The notes under the pieces: model-generated | Seen by the model: the letters and a program-made list of their open reading frames with translations, nothing else | What the model was told of the DNA's origin: nothing | Databases searched by the model: none | Program-made: the position numbers and the translations under genes | NCBI GenBank assembly: GCA_964618725.1 | Contig: CAZUBK010000001.1 | Coordinates: 260,908-324,907, forward strand | Direction of reading: 5' to 3' | DNA length: 64,000 bases | From: an uncultured Pseudomonadales bacterium | Lineage (GTDB): Bacteria > Patescibacteriota > Microgenomatia > UBA1400 > Chazhemtobacteraceae | Part shown: positions 45,822 to 55,004 of the stretch, in pieces | Layout: every line of letters begins with the position of its first letter | How positions within the stretch are numbered: position 1 is the first letter of the stretch

Positions 45822-46463
45822 ATGATGAAGATAGATATTATTACGATTTTCCCAGATATGTTTGCTGGACCTTTTGGTGAGAGTATTCTCAAACGGGCAA
45901 AAGACAAAGGACTGGTGGAAATAAAGATATATGACTTACGTGACTTTACGGAAGATAAGCATAGAAGTGTAGACGCGCCGCCATACGGCGGTGGGGCAGG
46001 GATGTTGATGCGAGTGGATGTGATTGATAAAGCAGTGGCAGAATTAAAAAAAGAAAATGGGAGTCTGAAGTCTCACGTAATCCTTTTGGATACAAAGGGG
46101 GAGATATATAACCAGCAACGGGCTCAGGCATTGAGTCAAGAAGAGCACTTGATCTTCATCGCCCCACATTATGAAGGGATCGATCATCGAGTTCATGAAC
46201 ATATTGCAGATGAAGTGATATGCATTGGAGAGTATGTCTTGACGGGGGGGGAGTTGCCTGCAATGGTAGTAGTAGATAGTATTGCGAGATTGATTCCTGG
46301 AGTGTTGGGCAACGAGGAGTCGCTGGCAGAGGAATCGTATAGTCAACCAGGGCAGATAGAGTATCCGCAGTATACAAGGCCGGCGGAATACAAGGGATGG
46401 ACGGTGCCGGAAGTACTATTATCAGGACACCACAAAGAAATTAAAGCATGGAGGGAAAGATGA
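45822..46463 (+). CDS. trmD: tRNA (guanine37-N1)-methyltransferase
   Basis: [26 protein letters not shown]...[17 protein letters not shown]...[14 protein letters not shown]...[24 protein letters not shown], near-canonical TrmD throughout. Confidence 0.9.
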   Translation: MMKIDIITIFPDMFAGPFGESILKRAKDKGLVEIKIYDLRDFTEDKHRSVDAPPYGGGAGMLMRVDVIDKAVAELKKENGSLKSHVILLDTKGEIYNQQRAQALSQEEHLIFIAPHYEGIDHRVHEHIADEVICIGEYVLTGGELPAMVVVDSIARLIPGVLGNEESLAEESYSQPGQIEYPQYTRPAEYKGWTVPEVLLSGHHKEIKAWRER

Positions 46464-46475
46464 GACTTAATCAGC

Positions 46476-47252
46476 TTAACTTTCGTCGGGGTAGCCAACA
46501 GGAATGACATATATAACTCTTTCATTAATGGGGGATCCGAGCAGTCTGTAGGTGGCACTCTCGTCAAAGCCGCCTATTACGACCGTGCCAAGACCTAATG
46601 TTTCGACTTGAAGATAGAGATTTTGGGCAGCGTGTCCAGCTTCGAGATAGACATTGTTGTCGGCGGGAGTACCTTGGAAAGCCTCGGTCATCTTTTGAAA
46701 ATTGCCAGTGATCACAATGATGGCAGGAGCATTCTTGGCAGATGATTGCTTGGCAGCAGTGAGACTCTGCTCGGTTAGATCGACTTCTCGGAGAAGGCCA
46801 AGTTTATGAATCGGTTTTAGGTTACCGGGAATGTAACGATAAAGACCTGGGGCTAAACCGTCAACCTTGAGGGCAACTGCATATATTTCAAGAGGGTAGG
46901 CCGATCTGGCCGAAGGAGCGGTGCGGCCGCCCCAATCAGCAGTGACCCCCTGGAGAGACCAAAGAATTTGGGAAAGCTGCTTGAGTCCAATAGACTTGTC
47001 GAAGAATTTGCGCTGTGTTCGACGCTGAAGGAGTGCCTGTTCGACACTCACACGACTTGACTTGCTGGGGGCAGGTAAATCAATTTCTTTAATGAGAGAT
47101 GTTGTTGGACTTGGGGTTGGAGAAAGATTACCATCTTTCTTGGTAAAAAGAGAGGAACCCTTTGTGGCAGTGAGAAGGATGGCTAGGATGAAAAGCGAAA
47201 GAAGTAGAAAAAGATTGGCTCGAGAAGACCGTCTGAGCTTTTTTTTGGACAT
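46476..47252 (-). CDS. SagB/ThcOx-type nitroreductase-family protein with an N-terminal membrane anchor
   Basis: RRTQRKF...LSQILWSLQGVT...YLEAGHAAQNLYLQVETLGLGTVVIGGFDE...PVGYP, the nitroreductase fold signature. Confidence 0.6.
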   Translation of the reverse strand: MSKKKLRRSSRANLFLLLSLFILAILLTATKGSSLFTKKDGNLSPTPSPTTSLIKEIDLPAPSKSSRVSVEQALLQRRTQRKFFDKSIGLKQLSQILWSLQGVTADWGGRTAPSARSAYPLEIYAVALKVDGLAPGLYRYIPGNLKPIHKLGLLREVDLTEQSLTAAKQSSAKNAPAIIVITGNFQKMTEAFQGTPADNNVYLEAGHAAQNLYLQVETLGLGTVVIGGFDESATYRLLGSPINERVIYVIPVGYPDES

Positions 47253-47275
47253 TAGGTTAAGTTGACTCTTTTTCG

Positions 47276-47977
47276 TTAGCTTGTCAAGTAAATAGAGACT
47301 TGGGCCTTGGCCTTATATTCCTCAAACCACTTTCCAAACTCTTGTTGTAATTTTTGGGTTTTAAGATCCTTGGTGATATCAGCCTTAACGTCTTCAAACT
47401 TCTTTCCTGTAAAGAGAGTCTTATTAGTCTCGAAATAGCTCTTTATCTCTTCGTCAGAAATTTGAACAATCGAGACCTTCTCAGCTAGCTTCTGTTGAAG
47501 TAGACGAAGCGAGATCTGACGACGGAGATCCTGATCAGAGAGTCCATACTGTTCCATCGCAGAAAGAAGATTGTCTTTGCCACCAAGAGATTCCTCAAGC
47601 TTCTTGAGTTCATCGTTTATCTCATCATCTGAGACTGAAACCTGATTCTCGGTGGTAGCCTGCTTGAGAAGTCTTTCGTTTATAAGCTCTTCTAACACAG
47701 TACGGCCGTATCTTTTGGTCAAAACTTGGTTTAGCTCGAAGCGACTAATGGGGGACTTATTGACCATGCCAGAGATAAAGAAACCACGGTAGCGCTTGGC
47801 TAAGAAGAAGATGGTGGCACCAACAAGGAGAACCAGAAGAAGGTTGACAATGAATTTGGTGTTGAATCGAGGAAGAACTGAACGGGAAACAAGGGGAGAG
47901 ATGATCTCAATATTTGTCTTAGGGACTCTTCGACTAACTGAAGACTTGTTTGCAACGTTTTTTTTCTTAGTGGCCAT
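47276..47977 (-). CDS. SurA N-terminal-domain-like periplasmic chaperone-like protein (no PPIase domain evident)
   Basis: N-terminal TM, then a helical region resembling the SurA/PpiD N-domain (ELINERLLKQ...). 233 aa. Confidence 0.4.
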   Translation of the reverse strand: MATKKKNVANKSSVSRRVPKTNIEIISPLVSRSVLPRFNTKFIVNLLLVLLVGATIFFLAKRYRGFFISGMVNKSPISRFELNQVLTKRYGRTVLEELINERLLKQATTENQVSVSDDEINDELKKLEESLGGKDNLLSAMEQYGLSDQDLRRQISLRLLQQKLAEKVSIVQISDEEIKSYFETNKTLFTGKKFEDVKADITKDLKTQKLQQEFGKWFEEYKAKAQVSIYLTS

Positions 47978-48044
47978 GGGGAATGACTAATTGAACAACA
48001 TGGTTATTTTATCAGCTAACCTCAATTAAAGAAACATCCTGTTT

Positions 48045-48446
48045 TTAATTCTTGAGCTCTTTTCTAAGACTTATTCCTTCATCTATACTGGGTGGGGCGG
48101 GGTCGGGTAAAAGAGTAGAAAAGACTTGGATGTCTTTCTGAAGATCGCGAATCTTGGAACTAGCGGGTGAAAGTGTTGGGGGGGCGAGGGTAGGGAGAGC
48201 TGGGACCGTTACTATCGGCATTCGCTGTGATTTGGATAGATTTAGGCCAAAGTTGACACCGAAGATAGTCAAGGAAAGAATCAAGATGAGCAAAACAGTG
48301 AGTCGAACATGGAAACCATAACGGATCCAAAAAAAGACAATCTTAGGAGTGTAATAATTAAGGGGAGGTGAATTGACGAGCTTATGAATGTAAGCCCTAG
48401 CCTCTTCTAGTTGTTGTTGAATGGTTTTTTTGTTATTGCTTGACAT
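48045..48446 (-). CDS. Hypothetical single-TM protein (133 aa)
   Basis: Intact ORF with a central TM (FFWIRYGFHVRLTVLLILILSLTIFGVNF). 14-nt overlap with the upstream gene. Confidence 0.4.
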   Translation of the reverse strand: MSSNNKKTIQQQLEEARAYIHKLVNSPPLNYYTPKIVFFWIRYGFHVRLTVLLILILSLTIFGVNFGLNLSKSQRMPIVTVPALPTLAPPTLSPASSKIRDLQKDIQVFSTLLPDPAPPSIDEGISLRKELKN

Positions 48447-49233
48447 ATCGGACGTCTAATTCATTCATAAGCTCAAGTAGCTGTAATTGTTTGGCTCGGA
48501 TGTCTTCTAGAACCTCATTAACGTTACGAAAGACCTGTTTTACAGGAAGGTCACCTGATTCGAGGGGGCCAACGAGTGTTTTCGCCTCTGTAATCCGATT
48601 ATTTGTATTCTCAGCCAAAGACGAAATCCTAAATAATCCCTGTTGAATCTCAGCTGGATCTGTTCTACCCTGAAGTGAGCTAAGAATTGGTTCATAGAGG
48701 GATCTGATGAGATGCTGATATGAGGTAAGCTTGGCAAGCTTGAGGTGAATTTGGGCAGAAGCAAATAACTGGTCTCGCTCTGGTTTCTGGTCAACGTAGC
48801 GGCCCATGACCTCGTCAAACATGGCAACCGAGCTGGTGGCAGATATTTCCGTTTGATGAGAAGAGAACCACTGAGCTTGAATACTTAGTCGATCAGTTAG
48901 GTTTTGGATCTCAGGATAAACGGAGCTAAATTCGAGTAATTTTAGACGAATCCAAAGAGTATAGGCTTTCAGGACTTCTCCTCTTTGAGTGGCAACCAAC
49001 TTGGCCGCTTCCAGAGCTTCCTGTTCCGCTTTAATGGTTTTTGTTTTTTCCCACTCCGATTTGGAGATTTGATACTGGGTATAGTGAGTGCGATAACGAT
49101 CGAACTGATAGCGATAATCAGACTCTGCCTGATTGATGGCAGTTTGGATAGTTTGGTCTTGTGCCTGGACTGAAGTCAGACCGGAGGCTATCAAAAACAA
49201 AAGGGAGACAAGAAAAAAGGCTAGTTTGGTCAT
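48433..49233 (-). CDS. Secreted hypothetical protein (266 aa)
   Basis: Signal peptide MTKLAFFLVSLLFLIASGLTSVQA, helical/coiled-coil-rich. Confidence 0.5.
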   Translation of the reverse strand: MTKLAFFLVSLLFLIASGLTSVQAQDQTIQTAINQAESDYRYQFDRYRTHYTQYQISKSEWEKTKTIKAEQEALEAAKLVATQRGEVLKAYTLWIRLKLLEFSSVYPEIQNLTDRLSIQAQWFSSHQTEISATSSVAMFDEVMGRYVDQKPERDQLFASAQIHLKLAKLTSYQHLIRSLYEPILSSLQGRTDPAEIQQGLFRISSLAENTNNRITEAKTLVGPLESGDLPVKQVFRNVNEVLEDIRAKQLQLLELMNELDVRYVKQ

Positions 49234-49493
49234 AATTGGAGCAAGAGTGAGGCAAGGAGACTGGTTCCCAAGATACTAATAATTAGATATTCGAGTGTGA
49301 TGCGAGGGTGGAGATCTTTGAGTTTGTGATGATGAATTATACCCCAAAGAAAGTATATTGAACCAAGAGAGACAACTAGTACAGTTTGAAAGGTAGGCTC
49401 ATATTGGAAGGCGAGAATTAACAAGGAAACAACGCTAAGAAGAATAAGGAGAATAATGAAGTGAAGTAGATGGCTTTTGTCTTGAGTGCGCAT
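49230..49493 (-). CDS. Small membrane protein (87 aa)
   Basis: Three hydrophobic helices. 4-nt overlap with the downstream gene. Confidence 0.4.
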   Translation of the reverse strand: MRTQDKSHLLHFIILLILLSVVSLLILAFQYEPTFQTVLVVSLGSIYFLWGIIHHHKLKDLHPRITLEYLIISILGTSLLASLLLQL

Positions 49494-49498
49494 GTTTT

Positions 49499-50401
49499 TT
49501 ACAATATCAGGCCCTGCTTAATAATGATGAGGAGAATGGCAATAAAACCAAAGAAGGTGAGATGGGCCCAGCTTCTACCCGAAATCCTGATAAGATTTTT
49601 TTGCCAGGCAATTAGCCAATCAACGGCTAGAGTGAGCATAATCAAGAAGGCAAAAGCCAAGGAGATACTCCTGGCTACCTGAAAGGTGTCAAAAAGCGGA
49701 AATGTAGATTCTGTTGGGACGTCGTTGAATCGGGAAATAACTTCTTCTGAAGGTGTAGCAGCCGAGGCGACAGTAACGATTTCCGAGAGAACGAGGGTGG
49801 AAGTGTTGTTGGAGTCTGAACTTACTTGCGGAGCAGAGGTTTGTGGTGTACCAAACATTTGAACGACCAGAGTTGTCTCACCGCCGGTTAACTGGCCGTC
49901 AACAACAGCAACGCCTATATCAACATAACGAGGATTAAGTAGATTGTCTCGATGACTTGGTGAGTTCATCCAGGCCTCTACTATGCTCTCGCTATTATTG
50001 AAGTCGCGGGCGAGATTCTCCCCGGCATGGAGATAATCGTAACCGGCGGCGAGAATAAAGCTCCACGGTTTAGTACCATCTGGACTGTTGTGTGCCCAGT
50101 AGTTTTTGGTGAACATATGGGCAGCCTTGCGTCTAGCTGCGTCAGAAAGTCTCTCATTAAGAACTAATGCAGGAAGTCCGAAGGCAGTACGATTTTGGTT
50201 AGTGAGTTCAATAATTCTCTGAGGAGGGATTTGAGAAGCGAAGCCGAGGATCTGCGGAGCCTTGAGTTGAATGAGTTGGAGCGCGGCGTTAGACAAAAAA
50301 AGAAGGCCGATGAGAAAAAGAAGCGACTGATGGTGAAGTAATTTGGATCGATGGTTGTTGCTGTGATGGGGAAAGAACAGCCGGATAAAAGTCTTGAGCA
50401 T
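49499..50401 (-). CDS. CAP/SCP/PR-1-like domain protein with a C-terminal membrane anchor
   Basis: CAP signatures HNSPDG...HAGENLA...SIVEAWMNSPSHRDNLLNPRYVDIGVAVV. The track start at 50473 is TTG. The first ATG, at 50401, avoids most of the overlap with the upstream gene. Confidence 0.65.
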   Translation of the reverse strand: MLKTFIRLFFPHHSNNHRSKLLHHQSLLFLIGLLFLSNAALQLIQLKAPQILGFASQIPPQRIIELTNQNRTAFGLPALVLNERLSDAARRKAAHMFTKNYWAHNSPDGTKPWSFILAAGYDYLHAGENLARDFNNSESIVEAWMNSPSHRDNLLNPRYVDIGVAVVDGQLTGGETTLVVQMFGTPQTSAPQVSSDSNNTSTLVLSEIVTVASAATPSEEVISRFNDVPTESTFPLFDTFQVARSISLAFAFLIMLTLAVDWLIAWQKNLIRISGRSWAHLTFFGFIAILLIIIKQGLIL

Positions 50402-50411
50402 TAGGATTATT

Positions 50412-52157
50412 CTAAACAGTTTTGACCCGGCGGGAAAGGAGGATACGAAAAAGAACAAGGAGTGGGAGAACAAGAAGATACATTAAGCGTAATCTTCGAG
50501 GAAGTGAGGTTTTAGCGCCAAGAATACTCAAATCCAAATCTTGATTTAGAGTGAGAGTTGTTGTCGAAGTTTCCGGAATCGTTAAGCTAAACAGTGGATT
50601 ACTTTTTGAAATTATTTTGACTGTATTGCTATTAGAAGCGGAAACCGTTTGGTCTTGGTATTTGGCGGTAACGGTTGCGGGGGTCAAATAGATGCCAGAA
50701 GAAAGACTGTCCTTGAGAGCAAGTTCGAATTCGAGCTTGAGACCCTTGCCGACATCGAGACCTTTAAGAGGGAGTCTAACTTTATCCAGAACTCGACCTT
50801 CCGGAGTATTCAAGCTCTGCTCGAAAATAATATCAGAAAGAGGGGTATCGCCTGTGTTTTTGACAACAACGGTATATCGCACATGATCACCTGGATAAAC
50901 AAAATCATTAATATTATTTTTAGTGTTAAGTCTTATTTCTGGATTAGTTTTGGTATCGATTGTATTGGAACGCGGGCCGATGCCTCCGATGGCTGGCTCC
51001 TCTGCTTTTGGTTCCTGAGCGGGGGAATCGTCAGCTGATTCTTCTAGATGACCAAAGATTAAGTCACCTGTCCAAGGCTTAAAAAGATTGATTTGACCGA
51101 AGAGATATCGAGAAAAGGTTAAGTTGGTATTGGTGATCGTGGTAGTATGGGCAGCGGCAAAGGCATGCCCCGTCTGCATTTGGGAATTCTCGGATATTTG
51201 AGTGTTGAATCCAGTATTAGCTTTGGCCTTTGCCACAGTCGAACTCTGAGTATTGTTTTGGGTGGAATTTTGAATAAATGCAGAGGAACTGGCAACACTG
51301 GTCGAGAGATAGCTCAGAAATCCGGTTGGGTTCTGGCGACTGCCGGGATAGAGGAAATTAATGATTTCTCCCTGCCAGAGGTTGATGTTGTTAACGACGA
51401 ACTCAAAAAGAAAGGTATTAACTAGGTTAGCGTTGACGATTGTTTTGGCTGATGTAATTGAAGTGGCGTCACCGGTTATCAAGGAGCTCTGTGAATCTGA
51501 TTGAATATTGTTGCCGGAGTTGGCTTCTGCTACCACCCAATCAGTGATAACCGCTTGATTTTGATTGTAAACTGCGGAAGGGGAAGCATGATTCACTACA
51601 CTCGATAGTTCGGTCAAAGAGGGAAGAAAGATGTCGCCATCCCATTCTTCAAAAACATTAACCAAGGAGAGACCTAAATATGATTGAAAAAGGTTAGTGT
51701 TGATCACCGCAGTAGCATGGGCTGAAGCATAGGCATCGCCAGTGACAAGAGTGCTACTACCGTTCGTAGTTTGTAGATTATGACCAGTATCAGCGGTAGC
51801 CATGACTGTGGCAGAGACAGTAGCATAATTTTCACTGACAACAATCTGAGCCGATGAAGAGCCGACCTGGTTTGAATCAGAGAAAAGACTTATATCAGCA
51901 GAATCGGTGGCAGTTACATCGAGGTAATCTGTTTCTAGAGTTGAGTTAATAAGATTGGTGTTGGCAATGGTAGTGGCACTTGCTGAAGCATAGGCATCGC
52001 CAGTGACTAATACTGCGTCCTGCTCAGATGTGGGTTCAGCAGAAGATGTGGCATCCTCAGCAATGACTAAATGGGCGAGTGACAGACGAAATAGAAGACT
52101 AAAGATTATCAGGAGGCTTAAAGAAATGTTCCGTATAGACCGTTGTTTTGAATTCAT
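50412..52157 (-). CDS. Secreted repeat protein (581 aa) with degenerate 'TGDA-x-A-x-A-x-T-x-x-N-x-N-L' repeats and a DUF11/CARDB-like C-terminal domain and anchor
   Basis: Signal peptide. Repeats VTGDAYASASATTIANTNL / VTGDAYASAHATAVINTNL / ITGDATSITSAKTIVNANL / TGHAFAAAHTTTITNTNL. ...YPGDHVRYTVVVKNTGDTPLSDIIF (DUF11-like). C-terminal TM. Confidence 0.6.
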   Translation of the reverse strand: MNSKQRSIRNISLSLLIIFSLLFRLSLAHLVIAEDATSSAEPTSEQDAVLVTGDAYASASATTIANTNLINSTLETDYLDVTATDSADISLFSDSNQVGSSSAQIVVSENYATVSATVMATADTGHNLQTTNGSSTLVTGDAYASAHATAVINTNLFQSYLGLSLVNVFEEWDGDIFLPSLTELSSVVNHASPSAVYNQNQAVITDWVVAEANSGNNIQSDSQSSLITGDATSITSAKTIVNANLVNTFLFEFVVNNINLWQGEIINFLYPGSRQNPTGFLSYLSTSVASSSAFIQNSTQNNTQSSTVAKAKANTGFNTQISENSQMQTGHAFAAAHTTTITNTNLTFSRYLFGQINLFKPWTGDLIFGHLEESADDSPAQEPKAEEPAIGGIGPRSNTIDTKTNPEIRLNTKNNINDFVYPGDHVRYTVVVKNTGDTPLSDIIFEQSLNTPEGRVLDKVRLPLKGLDVGKGLKLEFELALKDSLSSGIYLTPATVTAKYQDQTVSASNSNTVKIISKSNPLFSLTIPETSTTTLTLNQDLDLSILGAKTSLPRRLRLMYLLVLPLLVLFRILLSRRVKTV

Positions 52158-52214
52158 TGATTTTCAGATACTGGGGAGGGGCGGTCTCCCGCCCCTCGTA
52201 GCTAAGAAACGAGT

Positions 52215-52724
52215 TTAGAGCTCGTAGTCATCAACGTCGATACTGACAATATCAGAGATATTGACGTTAACCCAGGAGCCAGCAGTGGCTTCAGAAAGGG
52301 CGGTACCAGTAAACAGGACATCATTATCATTGAGTTCGCTGTCGTAAGCTTCGTCGTTTTGAGTGTTACTACCAGTATCAGATAGGGCTACGGCTTCTGC
52401 ATAAACATCGGCGAAGTTGACATTACCTACATCGATGGAGGTATCCCCAGAGCCAACATAAAGAATAGTGGTTAGGTTTTCGTTAATCTCGGAGGTGATA
52501 TCGGCATAAGCATTGGCGTCACCAGTAGTCATGACATCGTCGCCCGCGACTCCGTCATCTTGACTGTTGCCACCAGTGTTGGCAGTAGCTATTGCAGTAG
52601 CCTCGATATAAGCTTCGTTAACATTGAGGTTGCTTATATCAGCAAGAGCAACACCAGCTAAACCTAAGACAAAAGCAGCAGAACTGGACAAAATAGCAAT
52701 TTTTTTGGTCATTTTGTTTTTCAC
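52215..52724 (-). CDS. Secreted repeat protein (169 aa), short paralog of 50412..52157
   Basis: Signal peptide MKNKMTKKIAILSSSAAFVLGLAGVALA. Repeats ATAIATANTGGNSQ..., TTGDANAYADITSEINENL, AEAVALSDTGSNTQ. Confidence 0.55.
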   Translation of the reverse strand: MKNKMTKKIAILSSSAAFVLGLAGVALADISNLNVNEAYIEATAIATANTGGNSQDDGVAGDDVMTTGDANAYADITSEINENLTTILYVGSGDTSIDVGNVNFADVYAEAVALSDTGSNTQNDEAYDSELNDNDVLFTGTALSEATAGSWVNVNISDIVSIDVDDYEL

Positions 52725-52852
52725 CTCCCTTCTTCTTTAGAATATTGAAGCGGCTACTTTGATTGATCAAAGTAGCGCTCGGCCACTCTAGCACGCGGGA
52801 CGAAAGCCGTGTCAACGGATCAAAAGGGATCAGTTAGGAAAGTTAGAGAAGT

Positions 52853-54001
52853 TTAGAGACAGAAGAGACTACCGATGGCTTTACAGGCATTGATGCGTCC
52901 GTGTGTCCAGTAGCGACCTGTGCCGAAGATATCATCGGCAGTAGTTTCAAGTTGACTACGGACTTGGGTACTTGACCAAGTGGGGTGTTGCCCTTTGATG
53001 AGGGTGGCGAGACCAGCAACAAAAGGAGTGGCCATAGAGGTGCCAGACCAAGATTGATAATCTTCACTGGTAGTTGAAAGGATACTGACACCAGGGGCAG
53101 CAACATCGACCCAGGAGCCGTAGTTGCTGAAGTATGCTTTCAAGTCGTTTTGATCCGTGGCCGCAACGGCGATGGCTTGAGAATAATAAGCTGGGTAGGT
53201 ACGTGAAGACCGGCCGTTGTTGCCAGCGGCAGCGGCGATGACGACTCCTTTGTCGGAGGCGTATTTGATGGCGTTTTGAAGGGTTTTGCTACCAAAGGAT
53301 CCACCAAGACTTAAGTTGATTACTTCAGCACCGTTATCTGCGGCCCAGATGATGCCGTCAGCCACTTGGGAATATGATCCCGAACCGGCACTATTTAGGA
53401 CTTTGACGGAAATTAATCGAACAAAGCGGTCTAGGCCAGCTATACCAAGACTATTGTTGGTATTAGCGGCAGCAATGCCGGCAACATGCGATCCATGACC
53501 GTTGTTATCGAGATCTGGATCGGCGGTAAAATTGGCACGAGCAACAACTCTGTCAGAGAGGTCAGGGTGAGACCCGTCTATACCGGTGTCAATAACGGCG
53601 AGATCAACATCACCCGAGCTAGTGGCAACATCCCAAGCCAAAGGAGCCTGGATACGAGAGAGTCCCCATTGCTGAGGGAATAGGGGATCGTTCGGTGTTT
53701 CAAGGATAGTAGCGGTGTAATTTGGTTCAGCGTATTCGACGAGAGGGCTGTTGCTTAGGACAAGAGAAAGCTTTTCTTCAAGTCCGGATGGAACAATCAT
53801 GATAAACGTTTGGGGAAGCAAGAGTGATTGGTTTAGTTTAAGACCGTGAGACGCAATGAATTGATTAATTCGCGCAGAGGGAAGAGAGGAGCGGAAGCTG
53901 ACGATAACTTGGCCGGAAGTGAACTCAGAGGCAAGGATTGCTCGAGGAGATACAAAGGCAACAGTAAGTAATACGAGAAACGAGGAGAGTATTTTCTTCA
54001 T
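52853..54001 (-). CDS. Subtilisin-like serine protease (peptidase S8), secreted
   Basis: Catalytic triad motifs VIDTGIDGSHPDL (Asp), HGSHVAGIAAA (His), GTSMATPFVAG (Ser). Signal peptide. 382 aa. Confidence 0.85.
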   Translation of the reverse strand: MKKILSSFLVLLTVAFVSPRAILASEFTSGQVIVSFRSSLPSARINQFIASHGLKLNQSLLLPQTFIMIVPSGLEEKLSLVLSNSPLVEYAEPNYTATILETPNDPLFPQQWGLSRIQAPLAWDVATSSGDVDLAVIDTGIDGSHPDLSDRVVARANFTADPDLDNNGHGSHVAGIAAANTNNSLGIAGLDRFVRLISVKVLNSAGSGSYSQVADGIIWAADNGAEVINLSLGGSFGSKTLQNAIKYASDKGVVIAAAAGNNGRSSRTYPAYYSQAIAVAATDQNDLKAYFSNYGSWVDVAAPGVSILSTTSEDYQSWSGTSMATPFVAGLATLIKGQHPTWSSTQVRSQLETTADDIFGTGRYWTHGRINACKAIGSLFCL

Positions 54002-54014
54002 TAGTTGATGATAT

Positions 54015-54055
54015 CAAAAAAAAGAAAGGAAAGGGCAGCCGATTGGCTGCCCTTT
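54015..54055 (-). terminator. Rho-independent terminator (AGGGCAGCC-aatc-GGCTGCCCT then T-run) after the mini-gene
   Basis: Minus-strand reading: cccaaaaAGGGCAGCCaatcGGCTGCCCTTtcctttcttttttttg. Confidence 0.6.
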
Positions 54056-54061
54056 TTGGGA

Positions 54062-54262
54062 TTATTCCTCGCTATTAGCGGGATCGACTTTGATCAGAAC
54101 GAGATAGAAACCTTCGTACTTATGCTTACCGTACTGGTCTGTCACATCGATCTCGCACCAACCGTCTGTGGTATGCGATGAGGAAACAACCCCACCTTCC
54201 GTGTGACGGCCAATAACCTGGCCGTTCTGAGCGATTGCGATAATCTGATGATTCTCTTCCAT
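54062..54262 (-). CDS. Small soluble protein (66 aa), hypothetical; self-contained promoter-RBS-ORF-terminator unit
   Basis: GGAGGTcacATG. Sequence MEENHQIIAIAQNGQVIGRHTEGGVVSSSHTTDGWCEIDVTDQYGKHKYEGFYLVLIKVDPANSEE. Bracketed by a consensus-like promoter (54301..54329) and a strong terminator (54015..54055). Confidence 0.5.
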   Translation of the reverse strand: MEENHQIIAIAQNGQVIGRHTEGGVVSSSHTTDGWCEIDVTDQYGKHKYEGFYLVLIKVDPANSEE

Positions 54263-54300
54263 GTGACCTCCAAAGATGAGAGAGTAAGATTTACGTGGGT

Positions 54301-54329
54301 ATTGTATCTTATAATCTTCAATCTGTCAA
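54301..54329 (-). promoter_or_regulatory. Near-consensus sigma70 promoter TTGACA-17-TACAAT for the 66-aa mini-gene
   Basis: Minus strand: TTGACA (complement of 54324-54329), a 17-nt spacer, TACAAT (complement of 54301-54306). Confidence 0.55.
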
Positions 54330-54336
54330 TAGTGGA

Positions 54337-54372
54337 CAAAAAAATATCCAGCTTTCGTTGGATATTTTTTAT
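54337..54372 (-). terminator. rRNA operon terminator immediately after 5S (bidirectional A-run / hairpin / T-run)
   Basis: aaaaaaATATCCAgctttcgtTGGATATttttttatt. Confidence 0.55.
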
Positions 54373-54493
54373 TGCCCGGCAATGACCTATTTTCGCAAAC
54401 AGTTGCCCGCGTACTATCGTCGGCGCTGAAGCGTTTCACGACTCTGTTCGGAATGGGAAGAGGTGGGACCACTTCGCTCGAATCACCGAGCAG
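54373..54493 (-). rRNA. rrf: 5S ribosomal RNA
   Basis: Minus-strand reading ...GCGAAGUGGUCCCACCUCUUCCCAUUCCGAACAGAGUCGUGAAACGCUUCAGCGCCGACGAUAGUACGCGGG... aligns to E. coli 5S (GCGCGGUGGUCCCACCUGACCCCAUGCCGAACUCAGAAGUGAAACGCCGUAGCGCCGAUGGUAGUGUGGGG). Helix I pairs UGCUCGGUGAU with AUUGCCGGGCA. Confidence 0.8.
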
Positions 54494-55004
54494 TCAGCAG
54501 TCCAAATTGCTTTGGACTGCCTCAGCTTTGTGATTTCACTTGGCTACTTAAAAAGTGAACAGAAACGTTGGTCGCTTCTCCTGCCCCTAACCGTTAATGG
54601 AATAACAGCTAAGAGCAGGGCGCTAAAAATTTTGTTTATCCTTCGACAATTAGTACTCATGAGCTAAATGCCTTACGGCACTTACACTTTGAGCCTATCA
54701 ACCTAGTAGTCTACTAGGTGTCTTTCGTTCTTTCGAACATGGATTCCTAATCTTGGGGTGGGTTTCCTGCTTAGATGCTTTCAGCAGTTATCCCGAATCA
54801 ATGTAGCTACCCGGCATTGCACTTGAAAGTAACAACCGGCACACTAGGGATTGACGCATCTCGGTCCTCTCGTACTAGAGACGAACCCCCTCAAGAATCC
54901 CGCGCTAGCAGCGGATAGAGACCAACCTGTCTCACGACGGTTTGAACCCAGCTCACGTAGGGTTTTAATGGGCGAACAGACCAACCCTTGGGACCTCTTC
55001 CTTC

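Noticed and set aside
43730-46377. Overlapping minus-strand or antisense ORFs 43730..43942, 43903..44100, 44855..45106, 45350..45535, 45532..45747, 45946..46131, 46044..46346 and 46156..46377
   Set aside because: Each lies antisense or out of frame within the well-supported SOD, DUF4349-like or TrmD genes (or in their short intergenic region), and none has a recognisable motif.
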